A stretch of 64,000 nucleotides of DNA from an uncultured bacterium (GTDB taxonomy: Bacteria > Actinomycetota > Acidimicrobiia > Spongiisociales > UBA4744). A program made the position numbers and the translations under genes. Below are positions 1 through 9,072 of the stretch, one piece after another (position 1 is the stretch's first letter; each line of letters begins with the position of its first letter). The stretch spans positions 31,977 to 95,976 of the forward strand of contig CAWHCO010000001.1 of NCBI GenBank assembly GCA_963827865.1. Direction: 5' to 3'. The notes beneath the pieces were generated by a model. That model did no database searches and was not told where the DNA came from. It saw only the letters and a program-made list of their open reading frames with translations.

Positions 1-835
1 TGTGGAGGTTGGAGTGGACGATGTCGAAACCCATGTCTCCCGGACGGGCGACGCCGAGGATCGCGTTGAGATTCGCTCCGTCGTAGTACAGCAGGCCCCC
101 GACATCGTGAACGGCGTCGGCGATTTGGAGGATCTCCTCTTCGAACAGCCCGAGAGTGTTCGGGTTCGTCAGCATGAGCCCCGCGACCTCTTCGTCGAGC
201 ATCTCTCGCAGGGCATCGAGGTCGACGAGTCCTCGGTCGTTCGAAGGCACTTCCCGCACGGTGTAGCCGGCGAGAGCAGCGGATGCCGGATTCGTGCCAT
301 GTGCGGAATCGGGGACGAGCATCACGCTTCTGGGGTTGCCCATGGCGGTGTGATATGCCCGGGTGATCATCATGCCGGTCAGCTCTCCGGCTGCCCCCGC
401 GGCCGGCTGGAACGTCGCCCGGTACATCCCCGTGAGTTCGCACAGCATCCGCTCCGCCTCGACGAGAACCTCCAGTGCACCCTGCGCCGCGGATGTGGGC
501 GCATCGGGGTGAAGGTCTGCGAACAGGGCGACGGTCCAATCGGCAACCTTCGGGTTGTACTTCATCGTGCACGAGCCCAATGGGTAGGCACCGAGATCGA
601 CCGCGAAGTTCCGATGCGCGAGCCGAGTGAAGTGCATGACCATATCGTGTTCCGCCACTTCGACGAGCCGTACCGGCTCGTCCCGCCGCTCGTCGATATC
701 GAGCGTCTCGACCGGTACGTCCAACTCCGGAAACGACCAGGCTCTCCTGCCGGTGCTCGACAGCTCGGCGAGGGTTGGCTCCGGTCCGCCTCCGAGCAGC
801 GGTGATGACGACGCACGTCCACCGGGTTCAGCCAT
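1..835 (-). CDS. gcvPB: glycine dehydrogenase (decarboxylating) subunit 2, 5' part (runs off window start)
   Basis: Manual translation from ATG at 835: MAEPGG...HFTRLAHRNFAVDLGAYPLGSCTMKYNPK, the GcvPB signature; follows gcvPA. Confidence 0.93.
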   Translation of the reverse strand, partial: MAEPGGRASSSPLLGGGPEPTLAELSSTGRRAWSFPELDVPVETLDIDERRDEPVRLVEVAEHDMVMHFTRLAHRNFAVDLGAYPLGSCTMKYNPKVADWTVALFADLHPDAPTSAAQGALEVLVEAERMLCELTGMYRATFQPAAGAAGELTGMMITRAYHTAMGNPRSVMLVPDSAHGTNPASAALAGYTVREVPSNDRGLVDLDALREMLDEEVAGLMLTNPNTLGLFEEEILQIADAVHDVGGLLYYDGANLNAILGVARPGDMGFDIVHSNLH

Positions 836-2159
836 GTGCGATCACCTCCTTCAGCGCACTCACGTACCCGTCGAGTTCCTCCCGTGTTCTTTGTTCCGTG
901 ACGGCGATGAGCAGGCCCCCGGGGAGTTCCGGATAGTCCTTTGACAGCGCTATCCCTGCCAGATAGCCGCGGTCGGCCATCTCCTCGATCACCTCTTCGG
1001 GTTCGATCGGGAGCAACATGGCGAACTCGCGAACATAGCTTGCGTCGTTCGCCATTTGCACGCCGGGCAACTCGACGAGCTGGGAGGCGAGGTAGTGGGC
1101 TTTCTGAGCTGACTGTTCCCCTACTTCTCGGAGCCCGTCCGGACCGAGCCAGGCGAGCTGAATCGCGGCGGCGACCGCGTTGAGTGCCTGGTTCGAGCAG
1201 ATGTTTGAAGAGGCCTTCGCCCGTCGTATGTCTTGCTCCCGGGCGCGCAACGTCATCACATAGGCCGGTGTATCGTCCCGATCGACGGTCTTGCCGATGA
1301 TCCGTCCGGGCATTCTGCGCACGTGATTCCTCGAGAGGGAGAACAGGCCCAGTCCTGGTCCGCCGAATGTCATCGACGATCCCAGCGGTTGACCCTCACC
1401 GACGGCGATATCGACACCCGCCGAACCCGGGCTCCGCAGCACACCCAGAGTCATCGGGTCGTAGCAGACGATTCCAAGCGCGTCCACCTCGCGGGCCACA
1501 CGCACCGCGGTGTCGTAGTCTTCCACCGCCCCGAGGTAGTTCGGTTGTGCCCACACCACCGCCGCCGGCGGATTAGCAGTGTTCCCCGCCCACGCGGTGC
1601 GCCCCCCGACGAGGGGATGCTCCACGATCTGGAAGCCACGGGTCGCGGCCAGTGTTTGAATCGTTTCGCGGACTCTTGGACTCACCGCTCGCGACACCCA
1701 CACCGTCGAGCGCCCGGTACTGATCGCAGCCAGATTCACCGCTTCCGCAGCGGCTGTGGCCCCGTCGTACATCGAGGCGTTGGTGATGTCCATCTCGGTG
1801 ATGCCCGACACCATCGACTGGTACTCGTACAGCACCTGGAGGATCCCCTGGGAGACTTCGGCCTGGTAGGGGGTGTAGGCCGTGACGAACTCGGGTCGGG
1901 CTGTGAGCGCACGGACCGTCGGAGATACGTAGTGGTCGTAGAACCCTCCTCCGGCGAAGCAGGTCAGTTCGCGGTTGTGATCGGCGAGCGACGAGAGGAG
2001 CCGTTGGACCTCAGGTTCGGAGAGACCTCTGCCGACGTCCGGCGAGCGATCGACCAGCACCTCCATCGGAAGGTGCGAGAAGAGCTCGTCGATGTGCTCG
2101 AGGTCGAGACGATCGAGCATGATCGACAGGTCTTCACTGGTGTGAGGCGTGAAATCCAT
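828..2159 (-). CDS. gcvPA: glycine dehydrogenase subunit 1
   Basis: TAYTPYQAEVSQG, NASMYDGATA, REQDIRRAKASSNICSNQ motifs. Confidence 0.96.
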   Translation of the reverse strand: MDFTPHTSEDLSIMLDRLDLEHIDELFSHLPMEVLVDRSPDVGRGLSEPEVQRLLSSLADHNRELTCFAGGGFYDHYVSPTVRALTARPEFVTAYTPYQAEVSQGILQVLYEYQSMVSGITEMDITNASMYDGATAAAEAVNLAAISTGRSTVWVSRAVSPRVRETIQTLAATRGFQIVEHPLVGGRTAWAGNTANPPAAVVWAQPNYLGAVEDYDTAVRVAREVDALGIVCYDPMTLGVLRSPGSAGVDIAVGEGQPLGSSMTFGGPGLGLFSLSRNHVRRMPGRIIGKTVDRDDTPAYVMTLRAREQDIRRAKASSNICSNQALNAVAAAIQLAWLGPDGLREVGEQSAQKAHYLASQLVELPGVQMANDASYVREFAMLLPIEPEEVIEEMADRGYLAGIALSKDYPELPGGLLIAVTEQRTREELDGYVSALKEVIAHG

Positions 2160-2162
2160 ACG

Positions 2163-3212
2163 TCATCTCCTGATGAACGGAAGGCGAACTCGACTGGCCG
2201 GCTCCCAGCGACCCCTGACCTCGATTTCAATGGGAGCATCTGCATCGGCGGGAGGAGCGAGATATCCGAGCCCGATGCCCTTCCCCAGAACGGGGCTGAA
2301 GTTCCCGCTCGCGACCGTGCCGGTCGAGGCACCAGCGCGCATGGCGTAGCCGTGACGCGGGATCTTGCGTCCGTCCATCTCGAACGCTACCTGCCGCTTG
2401 GGGAGACCGTTCTCGCGCTGGCGCTCCAGTGCATCCCTGCCCACGAATTCATGGTCCCATGCAACCACCCATCGCAGTCCGGCCTCGAGGGGTGTCGTCT
2501 CAGGATCGAGGTCCTGACCCCACAACGGGTACCCCATCTCCAACCGCAGCGTATCCCGAGACCCGAGCCCGCACGCAACGGCGCCGGCTCCCAGCAGGGC
2601 CCTGAACATGTGTACGGCGTGCGCTCTTGGCACCGCGATCTCTCCGCCGATCTCCCCGGTGTAGCCGGTCCCGGCGATCTCCACGTCAACGCCATCGAAG
2701 CTTCCTGTCGTGACTCCGAAGTGCTCGGGTACCAGGCCGAACACGTTCTTGAAGACTGACGGTGCCTCTGGGCCTTGCAGCGCGACGAGAGCATTCGAAG
2801 CTCTGATGGACTCGATCCGGATCCCTTCGGGGGCAGCGGTCCGGAATCGTGCCCGGATAGCATCGTCGTTGGCGCCGTTCGGGATCACCCAGTAACGATC
2901 ATCGCCCCATCGCCACACGATGATGTCGTCGAGGACACCCCCGTTATCGTTCAGCGACATCGTGTACTGGGCACGACCAGGTTCGATGTCGGCGATGTCG
3001 TTGCAGAGGAGCTCTCGAAGAAGATCGGTGCTGCCCTCGCCTTCTACGAGGAATCGGCCAAGGTGAGACACATCGAACACCCCAACCGATGAGCGCACTG
3101 CTTCGTGTTCCGCGATGACCCCTTGGTATTGAACAGGCATCTGCCATCCAGCGAAGTCGACGAACTTCGCTCCGAGTCGCGAATGCTCATCGTGCAGCGG
3201 TGAACGTGGCAT
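2163..3212 (-). CDS. gcvT: glycine cleavage system aminomethyltransferase T
   Basis: FAGWQMPVQY, FDVSHLG, TGYTGE, GLGSRDTLRLEMG; AAGGAG SD upstream. Confidence 0.96.
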   Translation of the reverse strand: MPRSPLHDEHSRLGAKFVDFAGWQMPVQYQGVIAEHEAVRSSVGVFDVSHLGRFLVEGEGSTDLLRELLCNDIADIEPGRAQYTMSLNDNGGVLDDIIVWRWGDDRYWVIPNGANDDAIRARFRTAAPEGIRIESIRASNALVALQGPEAPSVFKNVFGLVPEHFGVTTGSFDGVDVEIAGTGYTGEIGGEIAVPRAHAVHMFRALLGAGAVACGLGSRDTLRLEMGYPLWGQDLDPETTPLEAGLRWVVAWDHEFVGRDALERQRENGLPKRQVAFEMDGRKIPRHGYAMRAGASTGTVASGNFSPVLGKGIGLGYLAPPADADAPIEIEVRGRWEPASRVRLPFIRR

Positions 3213-3284
3213 ACCACTCCTTCGGGAACCTCAGGTCAGCTTAGACGTCTCAGGGTGCAGAGAATCCCAGCTCCGGCAGAAGTC

Positions 3285-3725
3285 TCAGCCGGTAGACGCG
3301 TCGTCCGCGATGGTGACGTCTGGTGGTCCTGGAATGCGGGTCGGGGCCGTGGCACCGTCGAGCTGATCGGGTTCTTCGAGACCGTATTTCACGAGGAGTT
3401 GGAGGTAGTCACGCTGATAGAAGACCTTGCATGTGACATCTGGATAGAGCTCCCGAAGACGCCGCGCCTTGCGGTTCTTCCTCGTCACGAGACGCTGATT
3501 CATCGTGGTGATTTCGATGAACACGTCCTCGTCGGGCAGGTAGAAGTCCGGAGCGAAGTAGCCGGTTGGCGTACCTTCGGCATCCCACGAGATCGGGAAC
3601 GCTCGCGGTTCGTACTCCCACTCGATGCCGTAGAAGTCGAGCAGGCGAGCGAACTGCCGCTCGCTGTTGTGGGCGAAGGTAGTCTGCTCCGCTCGCCCAC
3701 CCTCGAAGGTGAGGTCGTTGCTCAG
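3285..3725 (-). CDS. conserved hypothetical protein, PD-(D/E)XK nuclease-like (TnsA-N-like) fold; start probably CTG 3725 (alternative GTG 3764)
   Basis: FAHNSERQFARLLDFYGIEWEYEP...PDFYLP..DVFIEITT; the upstream part of the ORF-track call lies inside the MerR gene. Confidence 0.7.
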   Translation of the reverse strand: MSNDLTFEGGRAEQTTFAHNSERQFARLLDFYGIEWEYEPRAFPISWDAEGTPTGYFAPDFYLPDEDVFIEITTMNQRLVTRKNRKARRLRELYPDVTCKVFYQRDYLQLLVKYGLEEPDQLDGATAPTRIPGPPDVTIADDASTG

Positions 3726-4177
3726 ACGCCTGCCTCTCTCAGAGCCGGCTCTTTCGACTCCCACAAGGCGTGGATCTCGCCTTCGAGCTCCTTCTGAACC
3801 GGGCCGACGGCGATGCCGAACACACCCTGGCCACGTCGGAACACGTCGACGACCTCTTGGGACGAGTGAGCGGCATAGATCGTTTGGCCGTCGGACAGGA
3901 GTGTCACATCGCCCAAGGGGCGATCCGACTGCAGCTGCTCTCGGAGGATCTCGATCGCCTGGCGGATCTTCTTCAGACTCATTCCCGCGTCGAGGAGCCG
4001 CTTCACGACTTTCAGCTGTACCACGTCCCCAAACGAGTAGAGCCGTTGTGAACCGGACCCTTTCGCGGGCTTCAGCGATGGCTTCAGAAGGTCCGTTCTC
4101 GCCCAGTAGTCGAGCTGTCGGTAGGTGATACCAACCAATTGGCACACATGCGGTGCTCGGAATCCCTGCTCAGCCAC
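3722..4177 (-). CDS. MerR-family transcriptional regulator (Rv1830/McdR-like)
   Basis: GITYRQLDYWART...GSGSQRLYSF..KRLLDAGMSL and GQGVFGIA C-terminus; synteny with BFN and FHA genes. Confidence 0.92.
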   Translation of the reverse strand: MAEQGFRAPHVCQLVGITYRQLDYWARTDLLKPSLKPAKGSGSQRLYSFGDVVQLKVVKRLLDAGMSLKKIRQAIEILREQLQSDRPLGDVTLLSDGQTIYAAHSSQEVVDVFRRGQGVFGIAVGPVQKELEGEIHALWESKEPALREAGV

Positions 4178-4220
4178 GATCCTCGCTCCTCAGGTTACAC
4201 GGTCGTAATTCGTGGATCGC

Positions 4221-4250
4221 AAGTTACCCGTGCAACGGCCGAGTTGTCAA
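4221..4250 (-). promoter_or_regulatory. sigma-A-type promoter for the MerR gene
   Basis: Minus strand TTGACA (4250-4245) - 18 nt - TAACTT (4226-4221). Confidence 0.6.
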
Positions 4251-4269
4251 CAACCCCTGTGGATAACTC
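4241..4269. promoter_or_regulatory. inverted pair of DnaA boxes
   Basis: TGTGGATAA at 4258-4266 (perfect TTATCCACA on minus) and TTGTCAACA at 4244-4252. Confidence 0.55.
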
Positions 4270-5263
4270 AGCCGGCGCAAAGGGCGACGAGCCTCTCGAG
4301 TTGGCCAGGAAGCCCGACCCCCACGAGCACGTCGCCCGGTTGCAGCACTGCTCCAGGATCCGGGTTGAACGACAGCTCTCCCGTGTCACCCCGCTCCACA
4401 GCGATGACGATCGCTCCCGACTTCTGCCGAAGGTCCACGCCGCGCAGCGTCTGGTTCGACACCGTGCATCCTTCCATCACCGGCACACGCTGAACCCGGT
4501 ACTCCACGGGACCTCTGCGGGCAACGAGGTCGATGAAGTCGGTCAGCTCGGGCTGGATCACCAACGAAGCGAGCCTGCGCGCACCGACGGACTGTGGAGA
4601 GACCGCCTGGTTCGCACCGGCCAGGAGCAGCTTGTGCTCAGCCTCAAGGTCGGAGGCACGAGCCACTACGAGAAGATTTCGATGGAGTGCCTTCGCCGAC
4701 AGGACGATGACCAGGTTGTCGGAATCCGAGTTGACAGCCGCGACGAGGGCGCTGGCTCGGGCTAGACCCGCTCGCTCCAGTGTCTCATCGTGGGTCGCAT
4801 CGCCCTCGACCACGACCGCGCCGTACGCCTTCGCAGCCTCGGCTGCCGCCGCATCGCGCTCGATCACAACACTCGGAACGTCACGCTCTTCGTGGATCTC
4901 CCACACCCCTCTTCCGACTCGACCCCAGCCGCAGATGATCGTATGGCCTGACAGGTGCTCGATCTTTCGTTCCACTTGACCTTGCCTCCGTTCCGAGATG
5001 TTCTCAACCGCCATTTCCATCACCGCAGCCGCTGTGAAGAACAGCGTTCCCACCCCGACAACGATCAGACCCATGGTGAGCAGCCGCCCCGCCTCGGAGA
5101 GATCGACGACCTCTCGGAACCCGACCGTAGAAATGGTGATGACAACCATGTAGAGGGACTCGAGGAGTGATGCGTGCTCGACCAGCATGAACCCCACAGT
5201 CCCGACCACCAGTACAACCACCAGGATGACTGCGCCGATGCGGGCCCTAGCGGAACCGGTCAC
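4268..5263 (-). CDS. potassium channel protein with TrkA-N/TrkA-C (RCK) domains
   Basis: Two TM helices, pore TISTVGFRE, ICGWGRVG Rossmann motif, GDAT. Confidence 0.88.
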   Translation of the reverse strand: MTGSARARIGAVILVVVLVVGTVGFMLVEHASLLESLYMVVITISTVGFREVVDLSEAGRLLTMGLIVVGVGTLFFTAAAVMEMAVENISERRQGQVERKIEHLSGHTIICGWGRVGRGVWEIHEERDVPSVVIERDAAAAEAAKAYGAVVVEGDATHDETLERAGLARASALVAAVNSDSDNLVIVLSAKALHRNLLVVARASDLEAEHKLLLAGANQAVSPQSVGARRLASLVIQPELTDFIDLVARRGPVEYRVQRVPVMEGCTVSNQTLRGVDLRQKSGAIVIAVERGDTGELSFNPDPGAVLQPGDVLVGVGLPGQLERLVALCAG

Positions 5264-5271
5264 GATCGTCC

Positions 5272-5769
5272 CTAGCGCTCTGGGGGCGGCGCGAAGTCTT
5301 CCGGCGTCACCTCGTCCAGAAACTCTCGGAACTTCTCGATCTCGGACTCCTCCTCCGCGTCCTTGATCTCGACGCCCGCTTCATCGATGACTTCCGGAGC
5401 AGCGAAGATAGGCGAACCCGTGCGAACGGCGATCGCGATCGCGTCGGAAGGACGAGCAGAGATATGCACTTCGCGTCCGGCCTGCTCGAGCACCAGATCT
5501 GCATAGAACACCGCGTCCCTCAGCTCCGTCACCACGACCCTCACGACGGTGCCACCCAGCGATTCCGTGACGAGTTTGAGTAGATCGTGGGTGAGCGGTC
5601 GCATGGGCACCAAGCCTTCCACGGCGTACGCGATAGCGGTTGCCTCCACTGCACCGACCCAAATCGGGAGAAACCGCGTCCCTGTCGCCTCGCGCAGCAG
5701 CACGACAGGTTGGTTCGTCGGCAGCTGGAGCCGTACGCCGACCAGTTCCACAGGGACGTGATCCGTCAC
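5272..5769 (-). CDS. bifunctional nuclease family protein (DUF151)
   Basis: LPIWVGAVEATAI, RPLTHDL, ARPSDAIAIA. Confidence 0.93.
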   Translation of the reverse strand: MTDHVPVELVGVRLQLPTNQPVVLLREATGTRFLPIWVGAVEATAIAYAVEGLVPMRPLTHDLLKLVTESLGGTVVRVVVTELRDAVFYADLVLEQAGREVHISARPSDAIAIAVRTGSPIFAAPEVIDEAGVEIKDAEEESEIEKFREFLDEVTPEDFAPPPER

Positions 5770-5782
5770 AACGATCAGGTTA

Positions 5783-6337
5783 TCAGAAGGCGCATTCCAT
5801 CAACATGCCGGGGTCGGCCTGGAACGCCGACAGGTCCAGCACAGCCCAAATCGAACGCAGGTTCCGATACCTCCCCTCCCAGTCGAGTCCATACCCAAGA
5901 AGGAATTCATCGCCCACCTCGAACCCTCGGTACTCGATCGGAACCTGGACAATGCGCCTCGGCACCTTGTCCAACAGAGCGACCGTCCGGAGGCTCTTCA
6001 GATCCCTGGTGTCGAGGAGGCGTCGGAGGAACGTGAGCGACAGTCCGGTGTCGACGATGTCTTCAACGATCAGGACGTCTCGGCCTTCGAGCGAGATCTC
6101 CGTGTCCATCGAAATCCGCGCGCGTCCTCCTTCGCCGAATCGGTTCAGGGAGAGAAACTCGATCTCGCAGTCGCCCTCGATCGCTCGCGAGAGATCACTG
6201 AGAAATGGCAAGGAGCCCGAAAGGACGCCGACGAGCACCGGGACCTTGCCTTCGTAGTCTGCACTGATCGCCTCACCGAGCGAGCGAACCCGCTCCGCGA
6301 GCGGGCCTTCGGCAATGACCTCGACGACCTCGTTCAT
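5783..6337 (-). CDS. hpt: hypoxanthine phosphoribosyltransferase-like protein (divergent)
   Basis: VLIVEDIVDTG PRPP motif, GYGLD...YRNL; ATG 6337 overlaps upstream TGA (ATGA). Confidence 0.8.
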   Translation of the reverse strand: MNEVVEVIAEGPLAERVRSLGEAISADYEGKVPVLVGVLSGSLPFLSDLSRAIEGDCEIEFLSLNRFGEGGRARISMDTEISLEGRDVLIVEDIVDTGLSLTFLRRLLDTRDLKSLRTVALLDKVPRRIVQVPIEYRGFEVGDEFLLGYGLDWEGRYRNLRSIWAVLDLSAFQADPGMLMECAF

Positions 6338-7518
6338 CTGTCCCACAGCCATGACCAGTATGTTCCGATCCAACCGAGCGCGTCCTTCAGCGTTGGAAGT
6401 GCGTGAGCATCCGACCCCACCAGCTCCGAAGCACCGACCGCCTCTCCGCCGACCCGCGCTGTGATGACGGGCCCCGACTGGTCGAAGCCGGCATCGAGGG
6501 TGACGGGCTCTTGCAGCGAAGTGAACGTCTCAACCGTGGAGCCTGCTTCGAGGCTGTCAGTATCTGCAGCCACGCGCCGTTGCGCGTAGGTGACGCCGCT
6601 CATGATCACCGGGATGACCCCGAACTCGGCGAACCCGTAGTCGAGCAGAGCGGTCGCGTCGGTGAAGGCATCGGTCGAGCCCATCACGACCGCATACAGC
6701 CTGCGCCCATCCCGCTCCGCTGCAGCGACGAGAACATGGCCGGCAAGGCCCGTGTACCCGGTCTTCACGCCGATCGCCCCCGGGTAGGAGCCAAGGAGGC
6801 TGTTCGTCGTCCTCACGACTCGGATCGTGCCATCGGGAGCATCGGGAAGTCGCACCGTCTGTGTGCGCACAGCCGTCGAGAAGACGGGGTTCTCCATTGC
6901 GACACGCGCCATCGTGAGCAGGTCGCGCGCCGACGTGTAGTGGCCCTCTTCGTCGAGACCGTGCGGATTCGCGAAGTGGGTGTTCTCGAGGCCCATCTCC
7001 TGGGCCTTGTCGTTCATCATCCGCACGAATGATGCAACGGTTCCCCCGATCCCCTGCGCGACAGCCACTGCCGTGTCGTTTCCGGACCGAACGAGCATGG
7101 AAGTCAGAAGCTGTCGGAGGGTCAGTGTCTCGCCCGCCACCAACCCGACCTCGGCCTCGCCCACGTCCACGGCGTCCTGGGTCACCGTGATCGGCTGGTC
7201 GAGATCGCCGTTTTCGAGAGCAACCAGCGCGGTCATGATCTTGGTTGTCGATGCCATCGGCCGTGCGAGATCGGCGCTGTGCTCACCGAGCACCTCACCG
7301 AACGTGTCGTCGTAGAGGATCCACGATTGTGCGCTGACTTGCGGCGGCGCCCCCGCAAAGGCACCGAACACCGGGAGCGGAGGGACATCGGAAAGCGTGG
7401 CGACGGCAACCGGGGCCGGTCCGAGCACCATCACGGCTACAAGCGACAGCAACACCAGGAAGGCGACACGCCCACGACGTGCATGACCGATCACATTTGG
7501 CCCGGAAAGGAGTCCCAC
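6334..7518 (-). CDS. D-alanyl-D-alanine carboxypeptidase (peptidase S11)
   Basis: STTK (SxxK), SGN and KTG motifs, NPHGL; N-terminal hydrophobic signal. Confidence 0.92.
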   Translation of the reverse strand: MGLLSGPNVIGHARRGRVAFLVLLSLVAVMVLGPAPVAVATLSDVPPLPVFGAFAGAPPQVSAQSWILYDDTFGEVLGEHSADLARPMASTTKIMTALVALENGDLDQPITVTQDAVDVGEAEVGLVAGETLTLRQLLTSMLVRSGNDTAVAVAQGIGGTVASFVRMMNDKAQEMGLENTHFANPHGLDEEGHYTSARDLLTMARVAMENPVFSTAVRTQTVRLPDAPDGTIRVVRTTNSLLGSYPGAIGVKTGYTGLAGHVLVAAAERDGRRLYAVVMGSTDAFTDATALLDYGFAEFGVIPVIMSGVTYAQRRVAADTDSLEAGSTVETFTSLQEPVTLDAGFDQSGPVITARVGGEAVGASELVGSDAHALPTLKDALGWIGTYWSWLWDR

Positions 7519-7521
7519 CGA

Positions 7522-8205
7522 CTACTCCGCCATCAGGCGTCGCAGACCTTCTGACAGCGCCGCGCTCCGCATCCGCTCCATGGCGTCCGCACATCCTGCA
7601 AGGATCTCTGCCGCGTGCTGGCGAGACTCAGGGCTCCTCGCCCGAACGAGCGGCGCGGTCAATGCCGCGAGGAGTTCTGCATCGCGGTCGGTCGAGATGC
7701 GCAGCGATCGAAGGTGGCGGGGCTCCAGACCGTAGGCGAGCAGGCGCTGGGCCTGGGTGGCAACGGCTACTTCTTCGGCCGGGAAGCGTTCGGGCCCGTC
7801 GGGCTCGGGCCGAACCACCCTGTTGTCCACGAGTTCCGAGACCTGCCGGGACGACAGGCCGGTGACCCTTCGAAGTTCATCCCTGTCCACGTCCTGTCCG
7901 GGCTGCTGGAAGAGCTGTTCTGGTGGAGGACCGCTGGGCGCGGCTACGGGGAGTTCCTCACCGCGCTCCCACATGGTGAGTTTCGACTTGATCACCTTGA
8001 GGGGAAGGAAGTGGTCTCGCTGCTGCTGGAGAATGTACCGAAGCCTCGCGACGTCCTCGTCGCTGAAGGACCGATATCCGGAGCTGCTACGTCCGGGATT
8101 GATGAGTCCCTTGCCCTCGAGAAAGCGCACCTTCGAGACCGTCAGGTCCGGGAATTCGTCTTTCAAATGGGAGATCAACTCACCGATGGAGAGTCCCTCA
8201 CTCAT
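7522..8205 (-). CDS. MerR-family regulator (FtsR/Rv1828-like)
   Basis: EFPDLTVSKVRFLE..GYRSFS..QRDHFLPLKVIK, GLEPRHLR. Confidence 0.9.
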   Translation of the reverse strand: MSEGLSIGELISHLKDEFPDLTVSKVRFLEGKGLINPGRSSSGYRSFSDEDVARLRYILQQQRDHFLPLKVIKSKLTMWERGEELPVAAPSGPPPEQLFQQPGQDVDRDELRRVTGLSSRQVSELVDNRVVRPEPDGPERFPAEEVAVATQAQRLLAYGLEPRHLRSLRISTDRDAELLAALTAPLVRARSPESRQHAAEILAGCADAMERMRSAALSEGLRRLMAE

Positions 8206-8635
8206 GGCCTTTCCCCACGCTGAGGTGGAACTTGCCCACGATCACCTCATCCCCCGCCGCGAGGGCGGCTCTGTCTACCCGAGTCCCATTGACGTAGGTG
8301 CCATTTGTCGAGCCGGAGTCTTCAACGCTCAAGCCGTCTCGGTCGAAGACGAGTCGGCAATGGTGACGGGACACGGTAATGTCATCCAGGAAGATGTCCG
8401 ACTCGGGGTGACGACCAACCGTGGTCGTTCCCTCCTGCAACACCCATCCCATTCCTGCTCGCGGTCCCCGCTTGACAACCAGCACGAACTCTCCTTCCAC
8501 GCCCTCGATCTCGGAAGGGAAGTCGGCCATCTCCGGAACGAACGTGATCGTGGGTTCGTGCTCGATCACGACGCCGCATGCCGGGCAAGTGACGGCGTCG
8601 TTGGGGATCTCTGCGAGGCAGGTTGGACAGTGCAT
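8198..8635 (-). CDS. zinc-ribbon + FHA domain protein (GarA/OdhI-like position)
   Basis: CPTC...CPAC; GRHPESDIFLDDITVSRHH, STNGTYVNG. Confidence 0.92.
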   Translation of the reverse strand: MHCPTCLAEIPNDAVTCPACGVVIEHEPTITFVPEMADFPSEIEGVEGEFVLVVKRGPRAGMGWVLQEGTTTVGRHPESDIFLDDITVSRHHCRLVFDRDGLSVEDSGSTNGTYVNGTRVDRAALAAGDEVIVGKFHLSVGKGHE

Positions 8636-8660
8636 TACTCGTATCGTAGCGGGCGGATCC

Positions 8661-9047
8661 TCAGGCCCCTGCGGTCAGCGCCTCGTACGCGGTGGCGTCC
8701 ATGAGTTGGCCGTACTGATCGGGCTCTGACGGAGCGATAACGGCGATCCACCCCTCACCGTATGGGTCTGCGTTCAGGAGCTCCGGCCGCTCGGTCAGGG
8801 CAGCATTGACGTCCTCGACCGTGCCGGCCACCGGCGCGAACACATCAGAGACCGACTTCGTCGACTCCACTTCGCACATCGAATCACCGACACCGAATGA
8901 GCTGCCTACCTCGGGTAGCTCCACGTAGACGATGTCTCCCAGCGCATCCTGCGCGAAATCGCTGATCCCGACCCGCACCCTGCCGTCGGCGTCCATGAGG
9001 GCCCACTCGTGGTCCTGTGAGTACCGCCTGTCGGATGCAACCTGCAT
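8661..9047 (-). CDS. gcvH: glycine cleavage system H protein
   Basis: HEW, GISDFAQDALGDIVYVELP, ESTK lipoyl-Lys, PYGEGWI; ATG 9047 with GGAG SD. Confidence 0.96.
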   Translation of the reverse strand: MQVASDRRYSQDHEWALMDADGRVRVGISDFAQDALGDIVYVELPEVGSSFGVGDSMCEVESTKSVSDVFAPVAGTVEDVNAALTERPELLNADPYGEGWIAVIAPSEPDQYGQLMDATAYEALTAGA

Positions 9048-9072
9048 GAACGCTCCTCTCGTCGGACCGAGC

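Noticed and set aside
1894-1903. Third copy of the tRNA-Pro att core (ggtcgggctg)
   Set aside because: Only 10 bp, inside gcvPA, with no hairpin or flanking motif; chance match
1233-2759. 508-aa plus-strand ORF (likewise 30146-31486, 33710-34864, 52688-54328 and others)
   Set aside because: Antisense shadows of well-supported minus-strand genes, expected from high-GC codon bias; no recognisable motifs
3213-3284. Glycine riboswitch upstream of gcvT
   Set aside because: Only 72 nt; the CCGAAG and CTCAGG-like pieces are in the wrong order or strand, and a TAAGCT -10 leaves about a 20-nt leader
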